Positions 1-15,069 of a stretch of DNA of 64,000 nt are shown in pieces; position 1 is the first letter of the stretch, and every line of letters starts with the position of its first letter. Both the position numbers and the translations under genes were made by a program. The DNA is from Eledone cirrhosa. Lineage: Eukaryota. The stretch is from contig OZ024759.1 of the NCBI GenBank assembly GCA_964016885.1, positions 558,001 to 622,000 of the forward strand. Direction: 5' to 3'. The notes under the pieces were generated by a model, which worked only from the letters and a program-made list of their open reading frames with translations, made no database searches and was not told the DNA's origin.

Positions 1-3000
1 AAGTCTATATTAGTAACATGACAGTTTATATTAGTAACATGACACAGTCTATATTAGTAACATGACATAGTCTATATTAGTAACATGACAAAGTCTATAT
101 TAGTAACATGACAGTCTATATTGTAACATGACACAGTCTATATTAGTAACATGACACAGTCTATATTAGTAACATGACAGTCTATATTAGTAACATGACA
201 AAGTCTATATTAGTAACATGACAAAGTCTATATTAGTAGCATGACAAAGTCTATATTAGTAACATGACAAAGTCTATATTAGTAACATGACACAGTCTAT
301 ATTAGTAACATGACAAAGTCTATATTAGTAACATGACAAAGTCTATATTAGTAACATGAAACAGTCTATATTAGTAACATGACAAAGTCTATATTAGTAA
401 CATGACACTGTCTATATTAGTAACATGAAAAAGTCTATATTAGTAACATGACACAGTCTATATTAGTAACATGACACAGTCTATATTAGTAACATGACAA
501 AGTCTATATTAGTGGCATGACAAAGTCTATATTAGTAACATGACAAAGTCTATATTAGTAACATGACACAGTCTATATTAGTAACATGACAAATACTATA
601 TTAGTAACATGACACAGTCTATATTAGTAACATGACAAAGTCTATATTAGTAACATGACAGTCTATATTAGTAACATGACAGTCTATATTAGTAGCATGA
701 CAAAGTCTATATTAGTAACATGACAAAGTCATATTAGTAACATGACACAGTCTATATTAGTAACATGACAAAGTCTATATTAGTAACATGACACAGTCTA
801 TATTAGTAACATGACACAGTCTATATTAGTAACATGACAAAGTCTATATTAGTAACATGACAAAGTCTATATTAGTAACATGACACAGTTTATATTAGTA
901 ACATGACACAGTCTATATTAGTAACATGACATAGTCTATATTAGTAACATGACAAAGTCTATATTAGTAACATGACAGTCTATATTGTAACATGACACAG
1001 TCTATATTAGTAACATGACACAGTCTATATTAGTAACATGACAGTCTATATTAGTAACATGACAAAGTCTATATTAGTAACATGACAAAGTCTATATTAG
1101 TAACATGACAAAGTCTATATTAGTAACATGACAAAGTCTAGATTAGTAACTTGACACAGTCTATATTAGTAACATGACATAGTCTATATTAGTAGCATGA
1201 CACAGTCTATATTAGTAACATGACAGAGTCTATATTAGTAACATGACAGTCTATATTAGTAACATGACAAAGTCTATATTAGTAGCATGACAAAGTCTAT
1301 ATTAGTAACATGACACAGTCTATATTAGTAACATGACAATCTATATTAGTAACATGACACAGTCTATATTAGTAACATGACAAAGTCTATATTAGTAACA
1401 TGACAAAGTCTATATTAGTAACATGACACAGTCTATATTAGTAACATGACACAGTCTATATTAATAACATGACAAAGTCTATATTAGTAACATGACACAG
1501 TCTATATTAGTAACATGACATAGTCTATATTAGTAACGTGACACAGTCTATATTAGTAACATGACAAAGTCTATATTAGTAGCATGACAAAGTCTATATT
1601 AGTAACATGACAAAGTCTATATTAGTAACATGACACAGTCTATATTAGTAACATGACAAAGTCTATATTAGTAACATGACAAAGTCTATATTAGTAACAT
1701 GACAGTCTATATTAGTAACATGACAAAGTCTCTATTAGTAACATGACAAAGTCTATATTAGTAACATGACAGTCTATATTAGTAACATAACAAAGTCTAT
1801 ATTAGTAACATGACAGTCTATATTGTAACATGACACAGTCTATATTAGTAACATGACACAGTCTATATTAGTAACATGACATAGTCTATATTAGTAACAT
1901 GACAAAGTCTATATTAGTAACAAGACAGTCTATATTGTAACACGACACAGTCTATATTAGTAATATGACACAGTCTATATTAGAAACATGACAGTCTATA
2001 TTAGTAACATGACAAAGTCTATATTAGTAACATGACAAAGTCTATATTAGTAACATGACAAAGTCTATATTAGTAGCATGACACAGTCTATATTAGTAAC
2101 ATGACACAGTCTATATTAGTAACATGACAGTCTATATTAGTAACATGACAAAGTCTATATTAGTAGCATGACAAAGTCTATATTAGTAACATGACACAGT
2201 CTATATTAGTAACATGACAGTCTATATTAGTAACATGACACAGTCTATATTAGTAACATGACAAAGTCTATATTAGTAGCATGACAAAGTCTATATTAGT
2301 AACATGACAGTCTATATTAGTAACATGACAAAGTCTATATTAGTAGCATGACAAATTCTATATTAGTAGCATGACACAGTCTATATTAGTAACATGACAC
2401 AGTCTATATTAGTAACATGACAAAGTCTATATTAATAGCATGACAAAGTCTATATTAGTAACATGACAAAGTCTATATTAGTAACATGACACAGTCTATA
2501 TTAGTAACATGACAAAGACTATATTAGTAACATGACACAGTCTATATTAGTAACATGACAAAGTCTATATTAGTAACATGACAGTCTATATTAGTAACAT
2601 GACAGTCTATATTAGTAGCACGACAAAGTCTATATTAGTAACATGACAAAGTCATATTAGTAACATGACACAGTCTATATTAGTAACATGACAAAGTCTA
2701 TATTAGTAACATGACACAGTCTATATTAGTAACATGACAAAGTCTATATTAGTAACATGACACAGTCTATATTAGTAACATGACATAGTCTATATTAGTA
2801 ACATGACAAAGTCTATATTAGTAGCATGACACAGTCTATATTAGTAACATGACACAGTCTATATTAGTAACATGACAGTCTATATTAGTAACATGACAAA
2901 GTCTATATTAGTAGCATGACAAAGTCTATATTAGTAACATGACACAGTCTATATTAGTAACATGACAGTCTATATTAGTAACATGACAAAGTCTATATTA

Positions 3001-6000
3001 GTAGCATTTACAAAGTCTATATTAGTAGCATGACACAGTCTATATTAGTAACATGACACAGTCTATATTAGTAACATGACAAAGTCTATATTAGTAGCAT
3101 GACAAAGTCTATATTAGTAACATGACAAAGTCTATATTAGTAACATGACACAGTCTATATTAGTAACATGACAAAGTCTATATTAGTAACATGAAACAGT
3201 CTATATTAGTAACATGACAAAGTCTATATTAGTAACATGACACTGTCTATATTAGTAACTTGACAAAGTCTATATTAGTAACATGACACAGTCTATATTA
3301 GTAACATGACACAGTCTATATTAGTAACATGACAAAGTCTATATTAGTAGCATGACAAAGTCTATATTAGTAACATGACAAAGTCTATATTAGTAACATG
3401 ACACAGTCTATATTAGTAACATGACAAAGACTATATTAGTAACATGACACAGTCTATATTAGTAACATGACAAAGTCTATATTAGTAACATGACAGTCTA
3501 TATTCGTAACATGACAGTCTATATTAGTAGCATGACAAAGTCTATATTAGTAACATGACAAAGTCATATTAGTAACATGACACAGTCTATATTAGTAACA
3601 TGACACAGTATATATTAGTAACATGACACAGTCTATATTAGTAACATGACACAGTCTATATTAGTAACATGACAAAGTCTATATTAGTAACATGACAAAG
3701 TCTATATTAGTAACATGACAGTTTATATTAGTAACATGACACAGTCTATATTAGTAACATGACATAGTCTATATTAGTAACATGACAAAGTCTATATTAG
3801 TAACATGACAGTCTATATTGTAACATGACACAGTCTATATTAGTAACATGACACAGTCTATATTAGTAACATGACAGTCTATATTAGTAACATGACAAAG
3901 TCTATATTAGTAACATGACAAAGTCTATATTAGTAGCATGACAAAGTCTATATTAGTAACATGACAAAGTCCATATTAGTAACATGACACAGTCTATATT
4001 AGTAACATGACAAAGTCTATATTAGTAACATGACAAAGTCTATATTAGTAACATGACAAAGTCTATATTAGTAGCATGACACAGTCTATATTAGTAACAT
4101 GACACAGTCTATATTAGTAACATGACAAAGTCTATATTAGTAGCATGACAAAGTCTATATTAGTAACATGACAAAGTCTATATTAGTAACATGACACAGT
4201 CTATATTAGTAACATGACAAAGTCTATATTAGTAACATGAAACAGTCTATATTAGTAACATGACAAAGTCTATATTAGTAACATGACACTGTCTATATTA
4301 TTAACTTGACAAAGTCTATATTAGTAACATGACACAGTCTATATTAGTAACATGACACAGTCTATATTAGTAACATGACAAAGTCTATATTAGTAGCATG
4401 ACAAAGTCTATATTAGTAACATGACAAAGTCTATATTAGTAACATGACACAGTCTATATTAGTAACATGACAAAGACTATATTAGTAACATGACACAGTC
4501 TATATTAGTAACATGACAAAGTCTATATTAGTAACATGACAGTCTATATTCGTAACATGACAGTCTATATTAGTAGCATGACAAAGTCTATATTAGTAAC
4601 ATGACAAAGTCATATTAGTAACATGACACAGTCTATATTAGTAACATGACACAGTCTATATTAGTAACATGACACAGTCTATATTAGTAACATGACACAG
4701 TCTATATTAGTAACATGACAAAGTCTATATTAGTAACATGACAAAGTCTATATTAGTAACATGACAGTTTATATTAGTAACATGACACAGTCTATATTAG
4801 TAACATGACATAGTCTATATTAGTAACATGACAAAGTCTATATTAGTAACATGACAGTCTATATTGTAACATGACACAGTCTATATTAGTAACATGACAC
4901 AGTCTATATTAGTAACATGACAGTCTATATTAGTAACATGACAAAGTCTATATTAGTAACATGACAAAGTCTATATTAGTAGCATGACAAAGTCTATATT
5001 AGTAACATGACAAAGTCTATATTAGTAACATGACACAGTCTATATTAGTAACATGACAAAGTCTATATTAGTAACATGACAAAGTCTATATTAGTAACAT
5101 GAAACAGTCTATATTAGTAACATGACAAAGTCTATATTAGTAACATGACACTGTCTATATTAGTAACATGAAAAAGTCTATATTAGTAACATGACACAGT
5201 CTATATTAGTAACATGACACAGTCTATATTAGTAACATGACAAAGTCTATATTAGTGGCATGACAAAGTCTATATTAGTAACATGACAAAGTCTATATTA
5301 GTAACATGACACAGTCTATATTAGTAACATGACAAATACTATATTAGTAACATGACACAGTCTATATTAGTAACATGACAAAGTCTATATTAGTAACATG
5401 ACAGTCTATATTAGTAACATGACAGTCTATATTAGTAGCATGACAAAGTCTATATTAGTAACATGACAAAGTCATATTAGTAACATGACACAGTCTATAT
5501 TAGTAACATGACAAAGTCTATATTAGTAACATGACACAGTCTATATTAGTAACATGACACAGTCTATATTAGTAACATGACAAAGTCTATATTAGTAACA
5601 TGACAAAGTCTATATTAGTAACATGACACAGTTTATATTAGTAACATGACACAGTCTATATTAGTAACATGACATAGTCTATATTAGTAACATGACAAAG
5701 TCTATATTAGTAACATGACAGTCTATATTGTAACATGACACAGTCTATATTAGTAACATGACACAGTCTATATTAGTAACATGACAGTCTATATTAGTAA
5801 CATGACAAAGTCTATATTAGTAACATGACAAAGTCTATATTAGTAACATGACAAAGTCTATATTAGTAACATGACAAAGTCTAGATTAGTAACTTGACAC
5901 AGTCTATATTAGTAACATGACATAGTCTATATTAGTAGCATGACACAGTCTATATTAGTAACATGACAGAGTCTATATTAGTAACATGACAGTCTATATT

Positions 6001-9000
6001 AGTAACATGACAAAGTCTATATTAGTAGCATGACAAAGTCTATATTAGTAACATGACACAGTCTATATTAGTAACATGACAATCTATATTAGTAACATGA
6101 CACAGTCTATATTAGTAACATGACAAAGTCTATATTAGTAACATGACAAAGTCTATATTAGTAACATGACACAGTCTATATTAGTAACATGACACAGTCT
6201 ATATTAATAACATGACAAAGTCTATATTAGTAACATGACACAGTCTATATTAGTAACATGACATAGTCTATATTAGTAACGTGACACAGTCTATATTAGT
6301 AACATGACAAAGTCTATATTAGTAGCATGACAAAGTCTATATTAGTAACATGACAAAGTCTATATTAGTAACATGACACAGTCTATATTAGTAACATGAC
6401 AAAGTCTATATTAGTAACATGACAAAGTCTATATTAGTAACATGACAGTCTATATTAGTAACATGACAAAGTCTCTATTAGTAACATGACAAAGTCTATA
6501 TTAGTAACATGACAGTCTATATTAGTAACATAACAAAGTCTATATTAGTAACATGACAGTCTATATTGTAACATGACACAGTCTATATTAGTAACATGAC
6601 ACAGTCTATATTAGTAACATGACATAGTCTATATTAGTAACATGACAAAGTCTATATTAGTAACAAGACAGTCTATATTGTAACACGACACAGTCTATAT
6701 TAGTAATATGACACAGTCTATATTAGAAACATGACAGTCTATATTAGTAACATGACAAAGTCTATATTAGTAACATGACAAAGTCTATATTAGTAACATG
6801 ACAAAGTCTATATTAGTAGCATGACACAGTCTATATTAGTAACATGACACAGTCTATATTAGTAACATGACAGTCTATATTAGTAACATGACAAAGTCTA
6901 TATTAGTAGCATGACAAAGTCTATATTAGTAACATGACACAGTCTATATTAGTAACATGACAGTCTATATTAGTAACATGACACAGTCTATATTAGTAAC
7001 ATGACAAAGTCTATATTAGTAGCATGACAAAGTCTATATTAGTAACATGACAGTCTATATTAGTAACATGACAAAGTCTATATTAGTAGCATGACAAATT
7101 CTATATTAGTAGCATGACACAGTCTATATTAGTAACATGACACAGTCTATATTAGTAACATGACAAAGTCTATATTAATAGCATGACAAAGTCTATATTA
7201 GTAACATGACAAAGTCTATATTAGTAACATGACACAGTCTATATTAGTAACATGACAAAGACTATATTAGTAACATGACACAGTCTATATTAGTAACATG
7301 ACAAAGTCTATATTAGTAACATGACAGTCTATATTAGTAACATGACAGTCTATATTAGTAGCACGACAAAGTCTATATTAGTAACATGACAAAGTCATAT
7401 TAGTAACATGACACAGTCTATATTAGTAACATGACAAAGTCTATATTAGTAACATGACACAGTCTATATTAGTAACATGACAAAGTCTATATTAGTAACA
7501 TGACACAGTCTATATTAGTAACATGACATAGTCTATATTAGTAACATGACAAAGTCTATATTAGTAGCATGACACAGTCTATATTAGTAACATGACACAG
7601 TCTATATTAGTAACATGACAGTCTATATTAGTAACATGACAAAGTCTATATTAGTAGCATGACAAAGTCTATATTAGTAACATGACACAGTCTATATTAG
7701 TAACATGACAGTCTATATTAGTAACATGACAAAGTCTATATTAGTAGCATTTACAAAGTCTATATTAGTAGCATGACACAGTCTATATTAGTAACATGAC
7801 ACAGTCTATATTAGTAACATGACAAAGTCTATATTAGTAGCATGACAAAGTCTATATTAGTAACATGACAAAGTCTATATTAGTAACATGACACAGTCTA
7901 TATTAGTAACATGACAAAGTCTATATTAGTAACATGAAACAGTCTATATTAGTAACATGACAAAGTCTATATTAGTAACATGACACTGTCTATATTAGTA
8001 ACTTGACAAAGTCTATATTAGTAACATGACACAGTCTATATTAGTAACATGACACAGTCTATATTAGTAACATGACAAAGTCTATATTAGTAGCATGACA
8101 AAGTCTATATTAGTAACATGACAAAGTCTATATTAGTAACATGACACAGTCTATATTAGTAACATGACAAAGACTATATTAGTAACATGACACAGTCTAT
8201 ATTAGTAACATGACAAAGTCTATATTAGTAACATGACAGTCTATATTCGTAACATGACAGTCTATATTAGTAGCATGACAAAGTCTATATTAGTAACATG
8301 ACAAAGTCATATTAGTAACATGACACAGTCTATATTAGTAACATGACACAGTATATATTAGTAACATGACACAGTCTATATTAGTAACATGACACAGTCT
8401 ATATTAGTAACATGACAAAGTCTATATTAGTAACATGACAAAGTCTATATTAGTAACATGACAGTTTATATTAGTAACATGACACAGTCTATATTAGTAA
8501 CATGACATAGTCTATATTAGTAACATGACAAAGTCTATATTAGTAACATGACAGTCTATATTGTAACATGACACAGTCTATATTAGTAACATGACACAGT
8601 CTATATTAGTAACATGACAGTCTATATTAGTAACATGACAAAGTCTATATTAGTAACATGACAAAGTCTATATTAGTAGCATGACAAAGTCTATATTAGT
8701 AACATGACAAAGTCCATATTAGTAACATGACACAGTCTATATTAGTAACATGACAAAGTCTATATTAGTAACATGACAAAGTCTATATTAGTAACATGAC
8801 AAAGTCTATATTAGTAGCATGACACAGTCTATATTAGTAACATGACACAGTCTATATTAGTAACATGACAAAGTCTATATTAGTAGCATGACAAAGTCTA
8901 TATTAGTAACATGACAAAGTCTATATTAGTAACATGACACAGTCTATATTAGTAACATGACAAAGTCTATATTAGTAACATGAAACAGTCTATATTAGTA

Positions 9001-12000
9001 ACATGACAAAGTCTATATTAGTAACATGACACTGTCTATATTAGTAACTTGACAAAGTCTATATTAGTAACATGACACAGTCTATATTAGTAACATGACA
9101 CAGTCTATATTAGTAACATGACAAAGTCTATATTAGTAGCATGACAAAGTCTATATTAGTAACATGACAAAGTCTATATTAGTAACATGACACAGTCTAT
9201 ATTAGTAACATGACAAAGACTATATTAGTAACATGACACAGTCTATATTAGTAACATGACAAAGTCTATATTAGTAACATGACAGTCTATATTCGTAACA
9301 TGACAGTCTATATTAGTAGCATGACAAAGTCTATATTAGTAACATGACAAAGTCATATTAGTAACATGACACAGTCTATATTAGTAACATGACACAGTCT
9401 ATATTAGTAACATGACACAGTCTATATTAGTAACATGACACAGTCTATATTAGTAACATGACAAAGTCTATATTAGTAACATGACAAAGTCTATATTAGT
9501 AACATGACAGTTTATATTAGTAACATGACACAGTCTATATTAGTAACATGACATAGTCTATATTAGTAACATGACAAAGTCTATATTAGTAACATGACAG
9601 TCTATATTGTAACATGACACAGTCTATATTAGTAACATGACACAGTCTATATTAGTAACATGACAGTCTATATTAGTAACATGACAAAGTCTATATTAGT
9701 AACATGACAAAGTCTATATTAGTAGCATGACAAAGTCTATATTAGTAACATGACAAAGTCTATATTAGTAACATGACACAGTCTATATTAGTAACATGAC
9801 AAAGTCTATATTAGTAACATGACAAAGTCTATATTAGTAACATGAAACAGTCTATATTAGTAACATGACAAAGTCTATATTAGTAACATGACACTGTCTA
9901 TATTAGTAACATGACAAAGTCTATATTAGTAACATGACACAGTCTATATTAGTAACATGACACAGTCTATATTAGTAACATGACAAAGTCTATATTAGTG
10001 GCATGACAAAGTCTATATTAGTAACATGACAAAGTCTATATTAGTAACATGACACAGTCTATATTAGTAACATGACAAATACTATATTAGTAACATGACA
10101 CAGTCTATATTAGTAACATGACAAAGTCTATATTAGTAACATGACAGTCTATATTAGTAACATGACAGTCTATATTAGTAGCATGACAAAGTCTATATTA
10201 GTAACATGACAAAGTCATATTAGTAACATGACACAGTCTATATTAGTAACATGACAAAGTCTATATTAGTAACATGACACAGTCTATATTAGTAACATGA
10301 CACAGTCTATATTAGTAACATGACAAAGTCTATATTAGTAACATGACAAAGTCTATATTAGTAACATGACACAGTTTATATTAGTAACATGACACAGTCT
10401 ATATTAGTAACATGACATAGTCTATATTAGTAACATGACAAAGTCTATATTAGTAACATGACAGTCTATATTGTAACATGACACAGTCTATATTAGTAAC
10501 ATGACACAGTCTATATTAGTAACATGACAGTCTATATTAGTAACATGACAAAGTCTATATTAGTAACATGACAAAGTCTATATTAGTAACATGACAAAGT
10601 CTATATTAGTAACATGACAAAGTCTAGATTAGTAACTTGACACAGTCTATATTAGTAACATGACATAGTCTATATTAGTAGCATGACACAGTCTATATTA
10701 GTAACATGACAGAGTCTATATTAGTAACATGACAGTCTATATTAGTAACATGACAAAGTCTATATTAGTAGCATGACAAAGTCTATATTAGTAACATGAC
10801 ACAGTCTATATTAGTAACATGACAATCTATATTAGTAACATGACACAGTCTATATTAGTAACATGACAAAGTCTATATTAGTAACATGACAAAGTCTATA
10901 TTAGTAACATGACACAGTCTATATTAGTAACATGACACAGTCTATATTAATAACATGACAAAGTCTATATTAGTAACATGACACAGTCTATATTAGTAAC
11001 ATGACATAGTCTATATTAGTAACGTGACACAGTCTATATTAGTAACATGACAAAGTCTATATTAGTAGCATGACAAAGTCTATATTAGTAACATGACAAA
11101 GTCTATATTAGTAACATGACACAGTCTATATTAGTAACATGACAAAGTCTATATTAGTAACATGACAAAGTCTATATTAGTAACATGACAGTCTATATTA
11201 GTAACATGACAAAGTCTCTATTAGTAACATGACAAAGTCTATATTAGTAACATGACAGTCTATATTAGTAACATAACAAAGTCTATATTAGTAACATGAC
11301 AGTCTATATTGTAACATGACACAGTCTATATTAGTAACATGACACAGTCTATATTAGTAACATGACATAGTCTATATTAGTAACATGACAAAGTCTATAT
11401 TAGTAACAAGACAGTCTATATTGTAACACGACACAGTCTATATTAGTAATATGACACAGTCTATATTAGAAACATGACAGTCTATATTAGTAACATGACA
11501 AAGTCTATATTAGTAACATGACAAAGTCTATATTAGTAACATGACAAAGTCTATATTAGTAGCATGACACAGTCTATATTAGTAACATGACACAGTCTAT
11601 ATTAGTAACATGACAGTCTATATTAGTAACATGACAAAGTCTATATTAGTAGCATGACAAAGTCTATATTAGTAACATGACACAGTCTATATTAGTAACA
11701 TGACAGTCTATATTAGTAACATGACACAGTCTATATTAGTAACATGACAAAGTCTATATTAGTAGCATGACAAAGTCTATATTAGTAACATGACAGTCTA
11801 TATTAGTAACATGACAAAGTCTATATTAGTAGCATGACAAATTCTATATTAGTAGCATGACACAGTCTATATTAGTAACATGACACAGTCTATATTAGTA
11901 ACATGACAAAGTCTATATTAGTAGCATGACAAAGTCTATATTAGTAACATGACAAAGTCTATATTAGTAACATGACACAGTCTATATTAGTAACATGACA

Positions 12001-12890
12001 AAGACTATATTAGTAACATGACACAGTCTATATTAGTAACATGACAAAGTCTATATTAGTAACATGACAGTCTATATTAGTAACATGACAGTCTATATTA
12101 GTAGCACGACAAAGTCTATATTAGTAACATGACAAAGTCATATTAGTAACATGACACAGTCTATATTAGTAACATGACAAAGTCTATATTAGTAACATGA
12201 CACAGTCTATATTAGTAACATGACAAAGTCTATATTAGTAACATGACACAGTCTATATTAGTAACATGACATAGTCTATATTAGTAACATGACAAAGTCT
12301 ATATTAGTAGCATGACACAGTCTATATTAGTAACATGACACAGTCTATATTAGTAACATGACAGTCTATATTAGTAACATGACAAAGTCTATATTAGTAG
12401 CATGACAAAGTCTATATTAGTAACATGACACAGTCTATATTAGTAACATGACAGTCTATATTAGTAACATGACAAAGTCTATATTAGTAGCATTTACAAA
12501 GTCTATATTAGTAGCATGACACAGTCTATATTAGTAACATGACACAGTCTATATTAGTAACATGACAAAGTCTATATTAGTAGCATGACAAAGTCTATAT
12601 TAGTAACATGACAAAGTCTATATTAGTAACATGACACAGTCTATATTAGTAACATGACAAAGTCTATATTAGTAACATGAAACAGTCTATATTAGTAACA
12701 TGACAAAGTCTATATTAGTAACATGACACTGTCTATATTAGTAACTTGACAAAGTCTATATTAGTAACATGACACAGTCTATATTAGTAACATGACACAG
12801 TCTATATTAGTAACATGACAAAGTCTATATTAGTAGCATGACACAGTCTATATTAGTAACATGACAAAGTCTATATTAGTAACATGACAA
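1..12890. repeat. 4,743-bp higher-order repeat (~210 monomers): two full copies plus a third copy shortened to 3,403 bp
   Basis: Rare markers recur at exactly 4,743 bp: GTCTAGATT at 1141/5884/10627, AACAAGAC at 1921/6664/11407, GCATTTAC at 3005/7748/12491, 21-mer GTTTAT at 24/4767/9510. The next recurrences are at +3,403 (14030, 14810, 15894, 12913). Confidence 0.93.
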
Positions 12891-15069
12891 AGTCTATATT
12901 AGTAACATGACAGTTTATATTAGTAACATGACACAGTCTATATTAGTAACATGACATAGTCTATATTAGTAACATGACAAAGTCTATATTAGTAACATGA
13001 CAGTCTATATTGTAACATGACACAGTCTATATTAGTAACATGACACAGTCTATATTAGTAACATGACAGTCTATATTAGTAACATGACAAAGTCTATATT
13101 AGTAACATGACAAAGTCTATATTAGTAGCATGACAAAGTCTATATTAGTAACATGACAAAGTCTATATTAGTAACATGACACAGTCTATATTAGTAACAT
13201 GACAAAGTCTATATTAGTAACATGACAAAGTCTATATTAGTAACATGAAACAGTCTATATTAGTAACATGACAAAGTCTATATTAGTAACATGACACTGT
13301 CTATATTAGTAACATGACAAAGTCTATATTAGTAACATGACACAGTCTATATTAGTAACATGACACAGTCTATATTAGTAACATGACAAAGTCTATATTA
13401 GTGGCATGACAAAGTCTATATTAGTAACATGACAAAGTCTATATTAGTAACATGACACAGTCTATATTAGTAACATGACAAATACTATATTAGTAACATG
13501 ACACAGTCTATATTAGTAACATGACAAAGTCTATATTAGTAACATGACAGTCTATATTAGTAACATGACAGTCTATATTAGTAGCATGACAAAGTCTATA
13601 TTAGTAACATGACAAAGTCATATTAGTAACATGACACAGTCTATATTAGTAACATGACAAAGTCTATATTAGTAACATGACACAGTCTATATTAGTAACA
13701 TGACACAGTCTATATTAGTAACATGACAAAGTCTATATTAGTAACATGACAAAGTCTATATTAGTAACATGACACAGTTTATATTAGTAACATGACACAG
13801 TCTATATTAGTAACATGACATAGTCTATATTAGTAACATGACAAAGTCTATATTAGTAACATGACAGTCTATATTGTAACATGACACAGTCTATATTAGT
13901 AACATGACACAGTCTATATTAGTAACATGACAGTCTATATTAGTAACATGACAAAGTCTATATTAGTAACATGACAAAGTCTATATTAGTAACATGACAA
14001 AGTCTATATTAGTAACATGACAAAGTCTAGATTAGTAACTTGACACAGTCTATATTAGTAACATGACATAGTCTATATTAGTAGCATGACACAGTCTATA
14101 TTAGTAACATGACAGAGTCTATATTAGTAACATGACAGTCTATATTAGTAACATGACAAAGTCTATATTAGTAGCATGACAAAGTCTATATTAGTAACAT
14201 GACACAGTCTATATTAGTAACATGACAATCTATATTAGTAACATGACACAGTCTATATTAGTAACATGACAAAGTCTATATTAGTAACATGACAAAGTCT
14301 ATATTAGTAACATGACACAGTCTATATTAGTAACATGACACAGTCTATATTAATAACATGACAAAGTCTATATTAGTAACATGACACAGTCTATATTAGT
14401 AACATGACATAGTCTATATTAGTAACGTGACACAGTCTATATTAGTAACATGACAAAGTCTATATTAGTAGCATGACAAAGTCTATATTAGTAACATGAC
14501 AAAGTCTATATTAGTAACATGACACAGTCTATATTAGTAACATGACAAAGTCTATATTAGTAACATGACAAAGTCTATATTAGTAACATGACAGTCTATA
14601 TTAGTAACATGACAAAGTCTCTATTAGTAACATGACAAAGTCTATATTAGTAACATGACAGTCTATATTAGTAACATAACAAAGTCTATATTAGTAACAT
14701 GACAGTCTATATTGTAACATGACACAGTCTATATTAGTAACATGACACAGTCTATATTAGTAACATGACATAGTCTATATTAGTAACATGACAAAGTCTA
14801 TATTAGTAACAAGACAGTCTATATTGTAACACGACACAGTCTATATTAGTAATATGACACAGTCTATATTAGAAACATGACAGTCTATATTAGTAACATG
14901 TCAAAGTCTATATTAGTAACATGACAAAGTCTATATTAGTAACATGACAAAGTCTATATTAGTAGCATGACACAGTCTATATTAGTAACATGACACAGTC
15001 TATATTAGTAACATGACAGTCTATATTAGTAACATGACAAAGTCTATATTAGTAGCATGACAAAGTCTA

